DNA of 64,000 nt from Camelus ferus. Lineage: Eukaryota. Position numbers and translations under genes: made by a program. The notes under the pieces were generated by a model. The model ran no database searches and had not been told where the DNA came from. It worked only from the letters and a program-made list of their open reading frames with translations. This document shows, one piece after another, positions 37,851-51,100 of this stretch (position 1 is the stretch's first letter; each line of letters starts with the position of its first letter). The stretch covers positions 37,264,001 through 37,328,000 of the forward strand of contig NC_045697.1 in the NCBI RefSeq assembly GCF_009834535.1, read 5' to 3'.

Positions 37851-38680
37851 AGAGCACTGTGGGTAGGGAGGTCGCCAGGCCCACGAGCGGGTGGGGATCA
37901 TCTCCAGACAGTGGATATGAGCTGCAGGCTGCTCTTCAATTAGGTGTGGTCTTCGGGGCAGTAAGACCCCAGACAGGCTGCCTCCACAGTGGCCAGTCTG
38001 GGTGACAGAGAGGAGGGAGGCTGACCTATGCCAGAAGGAATCGGTTGGGATGGTGAGGGGTCTGGACTCCCAGGCATGCAGAGAGGGCTGGAGACATAGG
38101 GGTCTGCAGTCTTGGGGACCAGAGGAGAGAGAGGGAATGGTCCACACACTGCTGAGCTTTTTTACCACTGGTGTAGCAGGGGCGGGAGGTTATCAAAGGG
38201 GCTTTCGAGATGGGTGGGAGGATAAACCCCTTTGACTCAGAGTCTGGGATCCTGTGATGCTAACGTGCCAGGCTAATCTGATGCTGTCATGAGATAATCT
38301 GCACACACAGGATCTGATTCTCCCCAGGGTTTATCAGCAACCACGACTCAGAGCAGCTGGTGAGTTCAGCCCCTTGCCCCCTTATCTCTTGGCCCAGCCA
38401 GGGAACAGGAGGCTGAAATTTCCCCACCGCTCTGGGGGAAAGGGCAATCACTTCAAGCATCAAGTTCCAAAGTAGCAAATGAGGACTGCCTGCTCAAGGG
38501 CCTCGTCCAGATCCTGGAGACCCTGTTGCTTCTCCATCTTTCTCATAACTTCAGAATGAGGTGACATCATCTCACTTCCAGGAATTCATTCTCTAAAATA
38601 ATTATGAATGTGAATAAAGATTTCTCCTCCCTTAGGTGCAAAAACCCATTGTTCCTTGCTCCTTCATCCACCACCACGTG

Positions 38681-38900
38681 TTTTTTCTAATTATTGAAGT
38701 GCAGTCAATTTGCAATGTTGTGTTAATTTCTAGTGTACAGCATAGTGATTCATTTATACATATATATATATATTCCTTTTCATATTCTTTTTCATTATAA
38801 GTCATTACAGGGTATTGAATAGATTTCCCTGTGCTATGCAGTAGGACCTTGTTGTTTATCTATTTTATAGTACTTAGTATCTACAAATCCTGAACTCACA
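38681..38900 (-). mobile_element. Young L1 3' end
   Basis: ttattgaagtgcagtcaatttgcaatgttgtg...ttccctgtgctatgcagtaggaccttgttg; TSD-like ccaccacca (38668 / 38902). Confidence 0.85.
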
Positions 38901-38929
38901 CCCACCACCATCTTTTATAGATCCAGCCA

Positions 38930-40160
38930 GTAGCTATGTGTAACCAGATCTGTTTCTTGGAACTGCTGCATAAACTCCACATGCAACATAGTTAGCCTTT
39001 CCATTCTCCAGGGAGGGTCATCCAAGATACCTCCAACTTCCTGTCATCACACACAATGCTGTGATGAAAACCTTATGCATCTTCCTTTATGGACGTGGGT
39101 AAGAAATTCCTTGTGATCTCCAACCAGCGGTGAAATTGCTGGGCTGTGAGGTATGTGAACATTTAATGTGACTTTATCTTGGTGGACAACCCTGGAGGAA
39201 AACAGCACCAGTCCATCCTCCCACCAGCAGTAGAGCAAGGTCTTAGTCCCACCTCTCTCCCAACACTTGACATTAACTGTCTTCTAGTTTTTCTAGTCTA
39301 AATACTTATAAAGGGATGACCGTTGTTGTTTTAGTTTGTGCTTCTCTGATGACTCACGAACTGGAGCCTTTCTTTTTTCTTGTATGTATATTTTTATTGA
39401 AGTATACTCAGTTTACAAAGTGTCAGTCTCTGGTGACAGCATAATGTTTCAGTCATACATGAACATACATATGTGTTTGTTTTCATATTCTTTTTCACCA
39501 TAAGTTACTACAAGATATTGAATATAGTTCCCTGTGCGAGACAGCATGAACTCATTGTTTATCTGTTTTATATACGTTAGTTAGTATCTGCAAATCTTGA
39601 TGAGAGTTCGAGCATTTCTGCACGTGCTTATTAGTCTTTGGTTTTCTTTCTTTTTTGTTAACTCTCTGTTACCACTCTTCATCTATTTTCCCAATTCTAT
39701 TGCTGATTTTTATCTTGGTTTGCAGGAGTGTCTGGAATATTCTAGAATCTAGATATCAGTCTTATGCGAGTTTTAGGCTTTGCTGGTATCTTCTCTCAGT
39801 CAGTTTGTGCCTTGCCCATGGTGTTGTTGGCCCAACAGCAGTCTTTAAAATGAATATAATTAAATATATTAATATTTTAGCCCCTGGTTTATGCTTTTTT
39901 TTTCCAGTTTTGCACACAAAGTCCATCTATAACCCCAGATCACAAGAAATTCTCCTACGTTTTATCTTTTACATGTCACATGTAGGTCATCATATCATCT
40001 GGAATTTGCCCTTGAGCAAAGTTATAGGGAAGTTTCTAATTTTTTTTTCAGTTTCCCCAATACCATCTCATCCACCTAACAAACCTTCCCTTTCTTTTTG
40101 ATTTGTGGTGCCACTTTGTCACATATTAAATTCCCATATATCTATAGGTCTGTTTCTGAG
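38930..40160 (-). mobile_element. Old L1ME-like fragment with a younger L1 3' end inserted at about 39370-39600
   Basis: gaaattgctgggctgtgaggtatg..., ctcccaccagcagt; inner ttattgaagtatactcagtttac...ttagtatctgcaaatct. Confidence 0.75.
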
Positions 40161-40677
40161 CTGGTAGCAAAGAGTTAGTACCAGTGATATTCACTGTATA
40201 TATTATTTTTAATAAAAATGCAAATAACTCTGATGTGCAACAGTTGAGAACAGATGAAATTAATCACAGTACATCTAGACAAGTAAACTACCATGCAGGG
40301 ATTGAAACTGATACAGCAGAAGGTGGCACAATGCCATGGATGGTTGTGTTTTATTGCTGAGTAGAAATAGCAGATTCCAAAATAGCATAGAGTAAATGAT
40401 CTTAAATATGTAATAAACCATGTGTATGATTGGTAGACACTCTACCAATTGGTAAATACCCAACTGTAATTGATAATTGGGAGAGTAAACACTCAAATAG
40501 TATTGGTGGCTTTTTATGGACATTAGGATTCTGATGACTTGTCAAGTAAAGGAGGGGTCCAGTGATAGAACAGTAGAAAACTCTGTCTTTCCAGTGAAGA
40601 CACATTCTCAGCTGCAAAGTCCTACAGCGGTCTACCATCAGTGATAAGGGAAGGAGGCAGGAAGGTAGGAAGACCTG

Positions 40678-40845
40678 AACTTCTCAAATTTTAAGGTACA
40701 CATCAATTACCTGGGGACCTTGTTAAAGTGCAGATTTACTTGTATTCAGTGAATGGGGAAGGATCTGAGATTCTGCATTTCTAACAAGCTCCCAGGGGAT
40801 GCTGAGACTCCTGGGCTGGGACCTCATTTTGGGTAGCAAGACACT
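40678..40845. mobile_element. MER5A
   Basis: cttctcaaa...tacctggggaccttgttaaagtgcagatt...gagattctgcatttctaacaagctcccagg. Confidence 0.85.
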
Positions 40846-42019
40846 ACAAGCTGATTCATCTCTGCTTCTGGACAAGGTGTTGAGGCTGGACCAGGAACCA
40901 ACAGCTTTTATGGGTTACTTAGGCAAGACGATGGAAAATGGAGGGTTTAGTTTAGGTGTTGCTGTATGTTGTCTTGAGATTGTTGGTTTGAGAGGGGCAG
41001 AGCATGGAGATGTGTATATAAGAATTGAAATATCACCTTTATCAATAGTAAATATGGACCAGTGGACCTCCGCCTGTCTTCTTCCCCTTCCCTTCCCTGC
41101 AGTTGGATGTAGCCACCAATCCCTCTCAGCACTAAGGCTTGAGGTTGAGATAGGAAAGCAGGTGAGAGCCGCCTGGCCCCAGGCAGCTAGTCTCATGGAC
41201 AGGGTGCACCTGGAAAAGTTGAGGGGAACCCCTAAGCCCCCTCAAGAACCTGTCCCTGATGGCATGATGGCAAGTTTGAGGAGCATCAACTTCAAGTCAA
41301 GGTCCCAACTATCACTGAGAAAAGAGTCAGGGACCTATACCCACCCTAGATGGTTAGAAAGCCCCTCCTTCTTCATTGCCTACTCTGTCCTGCTGCTGCT
41401 CTCCAGCCCTGATAACCTGTTTTGTAGGTGACCACAATTATGTCTCCCTTACCAAACTGCTCAAAATTGCCATTACAAGCAGATTCTTCTTGATAGGCCT
41501 GGCTATTTTAACTGGCATCACAGACAAAGGAACTCACACAATAAATATTTGTTGGCTGATTATCAGCCTCAGTGTGCAGGCTCCACAAAGCCCCCTACAA
41601 CGTTTCCATTGTGTTCTTACTTGTGAGCATTTAGAGCCCTGTCATCAGCATATACAAAACCCTGTTATCATTCCTATGTAACTAACATGGATTTCACATT
41701 TCATATGTGCCAGGTACCTGGCTAAGTACTTTCACATTTGTTATACCACCTCATCCCTAAAAGAATCCTCAGAGCTAGAAATGAATATCTATATTCAGAG
41801 AGGTTAAGTAGCTTGCCCAAAATAACACAGGCTGTAAGTGAGCAACCCCCAATGAAGGGAAGGAAGAACGAAGGTGATGACAAGTGGGTTGTGGGGATAT
41901 GTTGGAGAATTTATCTTGAAAAGAGCTTTTGGCTCAGAGTGAAGGAAAAGCCCTGAGAGACAGTATGTTCCTGTACTCCTAACTAGAATAGGCCTCCAGC
42001 AGTGTTTCCTAGGCTATTG

Positions 42020-42557
42020 GAGAAGAGTCATTGCCCACCTCTTCCTTGTTAATAGAACTCTGGTTTGGTTTAAATGCCATGCATATAGCCCCAGGGGATG
42101 ATCACCACTGATCTGAGCTAGTCATGGCAATCTCCTTCCTCTTTACCAGTGATTGATTTGATTGTGGGCATCTGATCAGACATGAGATGAAAAAGAAGAT
42201 CTATGGGGAATTTTAGGAAAGGTTTCCTCCCTGATAAGATAGAGAGCCATAAAGAGAAAGTCCCTTTCCCACAACCAACCTTCCTTCCTTCCTGCTTAGG
42301 CTGATGTAATATGAAGATGTGATACTTTGCACTTAGGCAGCCATCTCGTAACCATGAGGAGAAACGTAGCTATATACACTGACAATGACAGAGCTAAAGA
42401 TGGTAAGTGACTAGGGTCCTTGATGATTTTGTTGAATAACCAAACAGTCCTGGAACATCTACCTCCAGACTTCTTGAAAATGAGATAATGAAGCATCTTT
42501 ATAATTTAGCCTGTTGGTCAGATATTCTGTTACAGGCAAAAGCATCATACTGATAGA
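42020..42557 (+). mobile_element. MLT1J-like LTR
   Basis: ggaaaggtttcctccctgataa...gcagccatctcgtaaccatgagg...ctacctccagacttctt...tattctgttac. Confidence 0.75.
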
Positions 42558-42849
42558 AGATCCTTCACTCAGCTTCCCTTCTAGTAAGAGGCTAAGCACT
42601 TCTACACAAATGCCTCTGTCTTAGCTTGATGTCCTTGTATAGAATTGCCCTTCATCTGGTCTCTTCGGTGTCTTCTTCCCAGGGTTTCTTCGTGTCCATG
42701 ATTGGCTTAGTCTAGCACTGGCTACAAATCAGAGTCTTCATTATTCTACAGTAGACCGTCTTCTCTTCTACTTTTTTTTTCATCTTTGCAAAACTCAACT
42801 TACCTCCTTATGGAAGTCTTCCCAGATATAACAGGACTAGATCATGGAA

Positions 42850-43245
42850 TATGATTCTTTTAATGTGCTGTTTGCTAGCATTTTGTTGAAAATTTCTGCA
42901 TCATCAGGGATATTAACCTGTAGCTTTCTTTTCCTGTAGTGTCCTTATGTGGCTTTGGTATCAGAGTAATGCTGGCCTTAAAAATGAGTTTAGAGTGCTC
43001 ACTCTTCTTCAGTTTTTTGGAAGAGTTTGAGAAGGATTGGCATTAATTCTTTGTTAAGTGTTTGGTAGAATTCACCCATAAAGACGTCTGGTTCTGGGCT
43101 TTTCTTTGTTGGCAGGTTTTTGATTACTGAGTCAATCTTTTATATACAGCATAATTAGATCTTATTTTTTAAACCCATTAAACAACTGTATGGCTTTTGA
43201 TTGGAAAATTTAATTTGTTTACATTTAAAGTAATTATTGATAGAT
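42850..43245 (-). mobile_element. L1 ORF2 fragment
   Basis: tttgctagcattttgttga...ggtatcagagtaatgctggcct...ttggtagaattcacc. Confidence 0.85.
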
Positions 43246-43254
43246 AATAATACC

Positions 43255-43655
43255 ATCTCATAGTAGTTTATTTGGGGATGATTCCAGGAAATATGCATAG
43301 GGGAGTAGGAAAGTGAGACAGGGAAGGGAAGGAGGCCAGTAAGTGCCTGTTACTAAGCAAGTTACTGCTGTGAAGAGCTGGAGCGTGAGCCTTCCAGGGA
43401 AATCTGGGGACATCGTAGAATATGTGCCTCTGAGTCATCACCCTCAAGGGGCGAGGGATCCAGAGGACTTATACATCGGCTCCTGTCAGTCATTGGTTGA
43501 GGGCTGCTTCCAGAAGACAGTAATTCCCCAGCATGCCTGACTGACCACACGTGGGCAGAGAAACCCCTCAGGAGAGTGATGGTGGCATGGAACTTGGGCT
43601 GGCATGCGCTGAAGTTGGTGAGGGCTGAAGGGACACAGGGAGGATCCCACTGTGT
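43255..43655 (-). mobile_element. LTR33-like ERVL LTR
   Basis: tagtttatttggggatgattccaggaa...aagtgagacagggaagggaaggaggcca...caagttactgctgtg. Confidence 0.75.
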
Positions 43656-44849
43656 CTGCTACATTTAGTTTTCTCACCTTGAAAATGGAGCAATGATAGT
43701 ACCTATCTTACAGAATTATCGGGAGGTTTAGGTAAGCTAAGAAAGTGCTTCAATCAGAGCCCGGCATAGAGTAAGCACCACTTAAGTGTTAGTTGTTATC
43801 ATTTGAAGTTCTTTGCTTTTCTGTGGTGTAAAAGCTTCTTTTTTTCCTACCACACCTCTCAAGGATGTGGAGTTGTTTAAACTCATGAGTGATGTGGGAG
43901 AAGAGGGCCTCTGTGGAACAAGAGGAGGGGCTGACATTCACCCCAGGTCCATGCTGCACAGACAGAGCTAGTCCACATGGGAGCAGAGGTCATGGGAGGA
44001 GGGCAGCAAGGCTGCAAACCTTCAGCTGCCAGTTTGCACACAGTCTGAAAGGATTTGGGATTCTGTGGGGCACAGATTCGGGAATTTGCGCCCAGTTCTT
44101 CTATATCTCAAAAAACATGAAAGCCACAGCTGCCGTCTGGGTTATGTACCAGACTGTAAGCTTCCTGAAGGCAGGGACTCCGCTCTCATTGTTGGATTCG
44201 CCCTGATTCATTCCTGGCTCATGGTGGACACTCAATAATTGAGTATTGAGTAGATGAGCATGAAAAGAGCTCAGAAAACCGGAAAGTGCTTGTTTACATT
44301 GAAAATTTCGACTGAGGGATACCATTCCCAGATGTAGCCCCTCTGCTAGTGCCCTCTCGTCTCCCCTGCCTCTCAGCCACCAGGACACAGTTGCACTTGA
44401 CCCCAGCATGGGTGAGCGCGCCACTCTCCGCAACCTCACCTAGAATACAAAGGACAAGCGCTAAGTGTTTATACCAACACACACATTTTAAATGGGCCCT
44501 CACTTCTTCCTGAAAGGAATCCACAAACCCTGTTGGGACTGAAAACATTCTATATTTATGTAGCGCCAGTTAGTGAGAGAACGCAAAGTGCTCAGCAGAT
44601 ATGATCTCATTAGTCCTCACAACAGTCCTGAGGGAAGAAGCTGGCAAGAGGGCTTATCCCCCCGGACAGCTGAGAGCACAGAGGCTCAGGAGTCCGAGCG
44701 ATGTGCGGCAGAGCAGCCAGGGGGTGCCCCAGGGGCCAGAGGACCGGCAAGGGAATGGAAAACCAAAGAGAGAAAGTACAAGGATTCTGTCTCGTTCCGT
44801 GGACCAAGGGGTGTCACAAAGGTGTGGCCTCCGTGGTCAGTGCAACATC

Positions 44850-45260
44850 ACAGGGACAGCAAAACCTGGCAATGACCCAGTGTCTCCGTGCAGAACCTGA
44901 TAGATGGAGTATGGTACAAACAATGAAATACTACTCAGCTGTTAAAAAGGATCTGTGTGTTCCGACATAGAATGATGTCTAAGACATTTACATGAAAAAT
45001 GCAAGTTGCAAAATAATATATATATCATATAATCTGATTACTATAAAATAGATATTGTATAATATAAAGGGAAAAGCCTAAAAGAATGTGCACCAAATTA
45101 TATATGACATATAATCATATATGTCTTTGTGTGTTAGTATTTTCAAAGAAGGTCTAGGCATCAATATAGGTTGAATTAAAGTGACTTTTATTTTCTCAAT
45201 CACGTTTGTTGAATGTTGAGATTTTTTGCAATGTTCATGTTTTTCTCTGGTGACCAGATT
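44850..45260 (+). mobile_element. L1ME-like 3' fragment
   Basis: atggtacaaacaatgaaatactactcagctgttaaaaag...aaaatgcaagttgcaaaataata. Confidence 0.65.
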
Positions 45261-45739
45261 AAAATTTTCAAAAAACCAGAAAAAGGGAAATCCTTTATGT
45301 CCCCTGAAAAGTATTAAAAATGAACAATAAAGCTATTATAATATGCTTATATTATTCTCTTTCATTAAAAAAGAAAACCAGAAGTGTTTTCCCTGATGTG
45401 AAGAATTTGGAAAAATTCCACTAGAGTTCCTATTTAGTTCCTACTGTGCCATGAAATTTGGATCAGATACTCTATTTTGTAAACATATGGTCCTGCATCT
45501 GCAAAACCAAAATACAGAATAGAAATCTGTCTGCTTTTTCCTTGATATTTTTATACATGAGACAGACCTGACTGTTTCACACAGTGGATAACAAACTGTA
45601 AGAGAAGGGCAAACAACCCCCACCCCAAGAAGGGATTCAGAATGTCAACAACTCGACATTTTCATGAGCTCTTGGACAACAGACATAAACTGTGTTATGT
45701 CATTAAACTTTAACTTTAAAAACTCAGTTTGTTGTATTT

Positions 45740-45870
45740 CACAACAAAGAGTACATATTTAATGCTACTGAACTGTACACTTGAATGTGGCTAAGATGGT
45801 GAGTTTTATGCTGTGTTCTTCTTACCACAATAAAGCAAAAAAAACAAAAACAAAAACAAAAACAAAAACC
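45740..45870 (+). mobile_element. L1MB-like 3' end with (CAAAAA)n tail
   Basis: ttaatgctactgaactgtacactt...ggctaagatggtgagttttatg...ttaccacaataaa. Confidence 0.75.
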
Positions 45871-46489
45871 CAAAGCCCCAACCCAAAACTCAGATGGCTG
45901 AAGATGCAGTAAAGAAAGGAGAGTCTGGGGTCACAGGGCTAGTTCAAGTTTCAGGTCTTGAAATGTGGCCTTAGACATGTTGCATTCCTTTGTCCGGTTC
46001 TTGTCCACATGTCTGAGTGGCTGTCATGTGCCAGGCACAGGGGGTAAGGTAGATACAGCGGCCAGCAGGAGGGGAGGCGACCCCACCCTGATGCAGTGAC
46101 CTAACCTCTCAACCACAAGTGCCTGCTTGAAAGTAAGGAAGAATAAAACGTAAGCCACCCATGCTTTATGAGACGCTGGGAATGTATCCCCGAGACCAGG
46201 ACTTGCCTGTGAGGATCTCAAAATCTCATGGGAGACACACCGATGGAGCAATATCTGCACTCAGATCGTCTTCTGCTCAGGACAGGGCCTTTCTGCAGCC
46301 TCCTGCTCTTGCAGCATCTCAGCCGCCTGCAAAGGGACAAGAACAGGAAAGGTAAGTTTGCGTGTCCTCATCTTCCCTTACCAGCGGGGTTGGGAGAGGC
46401 GCCAGTGGAGGATGAAAACCATGAAGGTCACAAGGACCCTTCTGCGTTCACAGGGGAGGGCCCTTGGGTAATGACAGCAGAATGAGTAG

Positions 46490-46930
46490 ACCTGCTTCAT
46501 GTCAGGCACTGCGCTGAGCGCTCAGCATCCCCACGAGCCCTCAGACCCACCGCCCTGCAAGGCGGTCAGGGTGACACTGATGATGACCGTTGCCTTGCTG
46601 GGCTCTGTGCTGAGTGCTTTGTCTGTACCGACTCATTGAATGCCCACAACGACACCACAAGGAAAGCACTTTTATTACGCCCTTTTTGCAAATGAGGAAA
46701 GCGAGGTGCAGAGAGAATCAGCCAGCTAGCAAGTGGTGGAGGCGAGATGAAAATGCAGGCAATTAAAACGTAGAGCGCAAGATCCTAACCCTTACAGCCA
46801 AGTCTTCACGTGTTACAGGTAAGGAAACTGAGGCTCAGTGAAGCTAAGGGATCTGTCCATGAGCCCACGTGGAGAGCTAGGCTTGGCACCAGCAACATCT
46901 GACTTCAGAGCCTGTAGTCTGTAAACCCTG
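46490..46930 (-). mobile_element. Cluster of MIR fragments
   Basis: gtcaggcactgcgctgagcgct; gcaaatgaggaaagcgaggtgcagagag; aggaaactgaggctcagtgaag. Confidence 0.7.
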
Positions 46931-48129
46931 ACACTCTCCTGCAACACCCCAGGCAGTGAAAATCTCCAGATGAATGAGGGCCAACCGGAGGCGTGGGGCT
47001 GAGGGCAGAGCCACGTGACCAGCCCCACTCTGCGCCTGGCTCCCCTGCTGCCAAGATGGAAGGGGCGACGCTCACTTGGCTTCCTGCCTGGGGCAGATGG
47101 GCTCCCCCACCACCATCTGGGAGCGCCCTCTCTCCTAGTCCGTGCGCCTTCACACTCATCTGGATATTCATGCATTCATTCAACAGATATATTGAACTAT
47201 TTGCCAGGCCCTGTTCTAGGTGTTGGGGATCAAGTTGTGAGCCAAACCTTCAAAAATGGTTTTACTTGGGTCCAAGAATCCATGTTCTTCCCTTCTTCCT
47301 TCTCCCTCATTCCTTAGGAATGAGATGCTTTATGAATCACTGACACGGTCCATCTGCAGGACTCTGCTGTCCCAGATGGTGCCTTTGTGCAAATTAAAGG
47401 GAAGTGGCCCCTCTGGGTTCCTAGAGTGTCACAGGCCCCTAGCAAGGAGTGTGGAGGTTGGGCTGGATTTCAGCCCCCATCTGACCTCTAGTCCAGGCAT
47501 TTTTGGGCAGGGCACAGTCTGTGGCATGGCAGGTAGCAGCCCCCTCTCCGAGCCCCTCCAAGAGAGGTACTCTTGATGCCGCAGCCCAATGCCTTTAATT
47601 CCTACCTGACCCCATCTCCCAGCCACTTAGCCATGTCCCTATCCACTCCAACCTATAGAAGTGGAGTCCTGCAGGCCTTCAGCTCTTTACCCATCACCCA
47701 CTGCAAGACCAGTCAGAGGTACCTTGTCCACCTCCCTGGACCCCTTCCTCTTCCTCCTCCTCGTATCTGTCAGCTGCTGGGATTTCCCCTTCCCAGTGTG
47801 CCCTGCCCCACCCTGAGCCCAGTATCCAGCCCTCCTGGATGTGGTTATGACACATCCAAGAGCCATTCTGACAATGCGGCCATTGTGATCGTGTGCCAAC
47901 CCCTCACCTTTGTAAACAAAAGACATTACTATTCGATAGCAGGATAGCATAAATGCATAACTAATCAGAATGTCTTCATTCCCAACTCCATTCTGACATT
48001 GGATGGAGATGCCATCTAATTACTAAGAAGTTGTTTAGGAGTAACACTCAAAATATAGAAAAGATACATGCTTTCTCAAATGTGAAACGTCATTGTTTTA
48101 AAAACCTATTTTTATTTCTATAATTGGGT

Positions 48130-48435
48130 AATTCCCCTGCTCAACTCCTGCTTATCCTCAGGTCACTTCTTCCAGGAAGCTTTCTCAGATTTCTTCCCCT
48201 CCACTATCCCCACCTCTGGTTGGGTGCCCTCCCCTCTACACCTCCCAGAGCACCAGACCTTGCCCATCATAACACTCATTGCATTGAACTCTGATTGCCC
48301 ATTTGCTGCTGTCCCATCCCACCGTGGACTGTAGGTTCTGTGAGAATAAGGACTGTGCCTTGTTTACATTTATATCTTGAGCACCTAGCACAGGAGCTAA
48401 CGGGCACTCAGTAAATGTTTGGGAAATAAATAAAA
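48130..48435 (+). mobile_element. L2 3' end
   Basis: gtcacttcttccaggaagctttct...gcacctagcacagg...cactcagtaaatgttt. Confidence 0.8.
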
Positions 48436-48609
48436 GGTATTTATTTGTGTGGGGAAAAATTGGCATCCATACCAAGCTGGAGTTTACCCCAATAACGGAA
48501 GCCTTGCCTTCTGCTGGAAAGAGTGAGGGAAATGATAAGCTATGGTTTGTCCCCAGAGAAAGACCCATAAGTCACACATTGGTAACCTATGGAGCAATTC
48601 TGTTTGCTT

Positions 48610-48760
48610 GTTTATGTATTCATTCATTTATTCTTTCATTCACTCATTCATTCATTGTAGGCATTTATTGAGCACTTCTGTGTGTTCAGGCGCTGGGGGT
48701 TCCACAGAGAAAAAGACAGGCAAAGCTCCTGCTTTCATGGTTCATGGAACCTCATGGAGA
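48610..48760 (-). mobile_element. L2 3' end
   Basis: (ttca)n followed by catttattgagcacttctgtgtgttcaggcgctgggg. Confidence 0.75.
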
Positions 48761-49897
48761 GGGAGGGCCGGGACAGGGAGGGGACAGGGAGGAAAGACAG
48801 ACCACAAGGCTTTCCCTAGTTGGTGATGTAGATTACCGTGAGCCATCATTGCCCGGGATGCCTTTCATTCACCCCAGTCACTTCAGCACAGTTAACCTGT
48901 CAAGCTGTTGAGTAGGGCAACTTGGAAGCAAATCCTTAACCCATGACTGATTGGTTAATTTGGACAAATTACTCAACCTTTCCAAGCCTCAGTTTCCCCC
49001 TGGTGTGATCACGGTAACAGTGCCTCCTTCCTACTACCCACACGGCCGGTAAGAGCAGGGCCAGGAAATGCCAGCAGTGACTCTTCCACGCCAGTGAAAT
49101 GGTGTGGGAGAGGGGTCCGCGTTCCCCGGACTCCAGCTCCTACGCACTGTACTAATATGGAAGCATTATTTTAGTTCCTCACTTTTGCCGGCTCGTGCTA
49201 AGCTTTGCTAGGAGGTAACTGGCTTAATTTAGCCCTCTGGGGGTTGTGCAATGTTCGCACATGATCTTCGAGTCCAGGCTCAGTTCCAGAGGCCCCTGCA
49301 GCAGAGGAAGATGCTGCCCACAGGCTTCAAGCAGGGAACACAGAACAGGCAGCGGTGTGCATACAGCACGAAAGACTCAGCGTGGGTTCCGGCCGTTGAA
49401 GTTACAGCCCAAACGATGATCGTGGAAGTCCTGGAGCTAATTTCCCCTTATTATTGAGCTTGAAATAGCGAGGTTAAGCAAAGCAGATTTTAATCAATTG
49501 CATTATAAACAAAAGACACAGATGGCAGGGAAAGATTGACTGATAACAGCAAAGTCCCCTGGACACTCTTGAACACCCTGGGGGAGGGGGCACTAAAGAC
49601 TGTGGCCCCTGCTTTGTTTTACTCCTGCTTTTATGAATTCCAGGAACTCCTTTTCTTGAAGTAAATAGCTACCATCAACAGGATATTAGTGGGTGAATGG
49701 CCTTTGAAGTCACAGAGGAAAAAATTCTCAATTAGGGTCTGAAGAGGTCATGGGGGCAACTGGCTGTCCAAAGGGTGTGCAGTAGCTCCTCATCCTGCCA
49801 GGAAGAGACATCTGTGTTTAAGTGAACGAGGGGAATACAGGCATCCTTGCTGCTGAGTCTAGAAAAGTGGGATAATAAAGGAGGCAATAAGAAAGAG

Positions 49898-49938
49898 TGT
49901 CATATGTGAGGCCCCAGGTTCGATCTCCAGCATCTCAA
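49898..49938 (+). pseudogene. 3' half of tRNA-Ala (or tRNA-Ala-derived SINE fragment) followed by an A-rich tract
   Basis: catatgtgaggccccaggttcgatctccagcatctc resembles tRNA-Ala CATGTATGAGGCCCCGGGTTCGATCCCCGGCATCTCCA; B-box ggttcgatct. Confidence 0.7.
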
Positions 49939-50077
49939 AAGAAAGAGACAAACAAACAAACAAAGACAGAAAGACACAAAGAAAATAAAGAAAGGAAGTT
50001 GAGGGCAGTTGACATATCGTTCACCAGGAGATTGTAGATTTACCTTACTTCTCTTAATCCTTCCTCCATACGAAGCG

Positions 50078-50130
50078 CACACGCATGTGCACACGCGCAC
50101 GCACACACACACACACACACATACACACAC
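50078..50130. repeat. (CA)n/(CG) mixed microsatellite
   Basis: Direct observation. Confidence 0.9.
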
Positions 50131-50607
50131 AGAGATGTGTCTTAGACTCAGACCTCCACATTCGTCCATATTCCCGCAGACTCCATATTGAATCATGAGT
50201 CAGCATCACCCTAACACCATGGTTACTGTCCTTTGGTCCCAAGGAGGTCACCTGATTCAAACAAGGCCAATCAGATTCCTGAATCCTGACCCTAATCTTT
50301 AACCAGAATAGAATGGCTTCAGGTGAGCCAATGAAAGTTCTTTCTCAGGAGTTTTGAGGCAGAACTAAGAAAATGAGGCATTCGTGTGTTGGAAGTCCTG
50401 AGGACTTGAGGGCGTATGTCAGATATTTTAAAGTTGGGAAGGCAGAAATGAATCCAAGATGAAAAGAACTAACTGGATGCTAAGACTTGGATAAACTGGA
50501 TCCTCTGGGCTATCCAAAAGTGGATTGGTCGAAAAAATCAATTATCCCAAAGGGCTTGTTTCCTGTAATTCCTGTATGTTAAAGAAAAGATGCTACACAG
50601 TAGTCAC

Positions 50608-51100
50608 CAGTTCTCAAGTGTGGCCCTGGGACCCTGGAGAGGGTGCCAAGACCTTTCAGGGCATCTACAGAGTCAAAGCTACTTTCATGACAATACTAGA
50701 GTATTGCTGGTCTTTTCTCATTCCCATTTTCTTGTGAGCATACAGCAGGGTTTTCTAGAAGGTATATGACACGTGAAATCACAAGACTGTATGAAGAAGC
50801 AAATATTAGAATCCAGCTGTTTCTATCAAGCCAGATATTAGAGTTTTGCAAAAACTGTAGAGCAATGTGACTTTCCTCATTACATTTTTTTAGTCTTTGA
50901 AAGTAGTTATTTTCATAAAAATTGTATTGATGTTAGCATACTATATGTTTATTTTTGTTATTCCTCAATTCATTAATATGTATTTTTAAGTTTTTCATTT
51001 TAAATTTCTAAAATAGCGAATACTCACAGACATATCGCCACAAATCAACACATATCAGCCAAAGCTCTATGTGTCCTTAACTCTTTTTTAAGAGTGTGAA
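50608..51100 (+). mobile_element. MER119-like hAT-Charlie element
   Basis: ttctcaagtgtggccctgggaccc...acctttcaggg...agaatccagctgtttctatcaagccagatatta. Confidence 0.75.

Noticed and set aside
40799..41431. Longest ORF (210 aa)
   Set aside because: Starts inside MER5A, shows no recognisable domain or exon structure, and is of a length expected by chance
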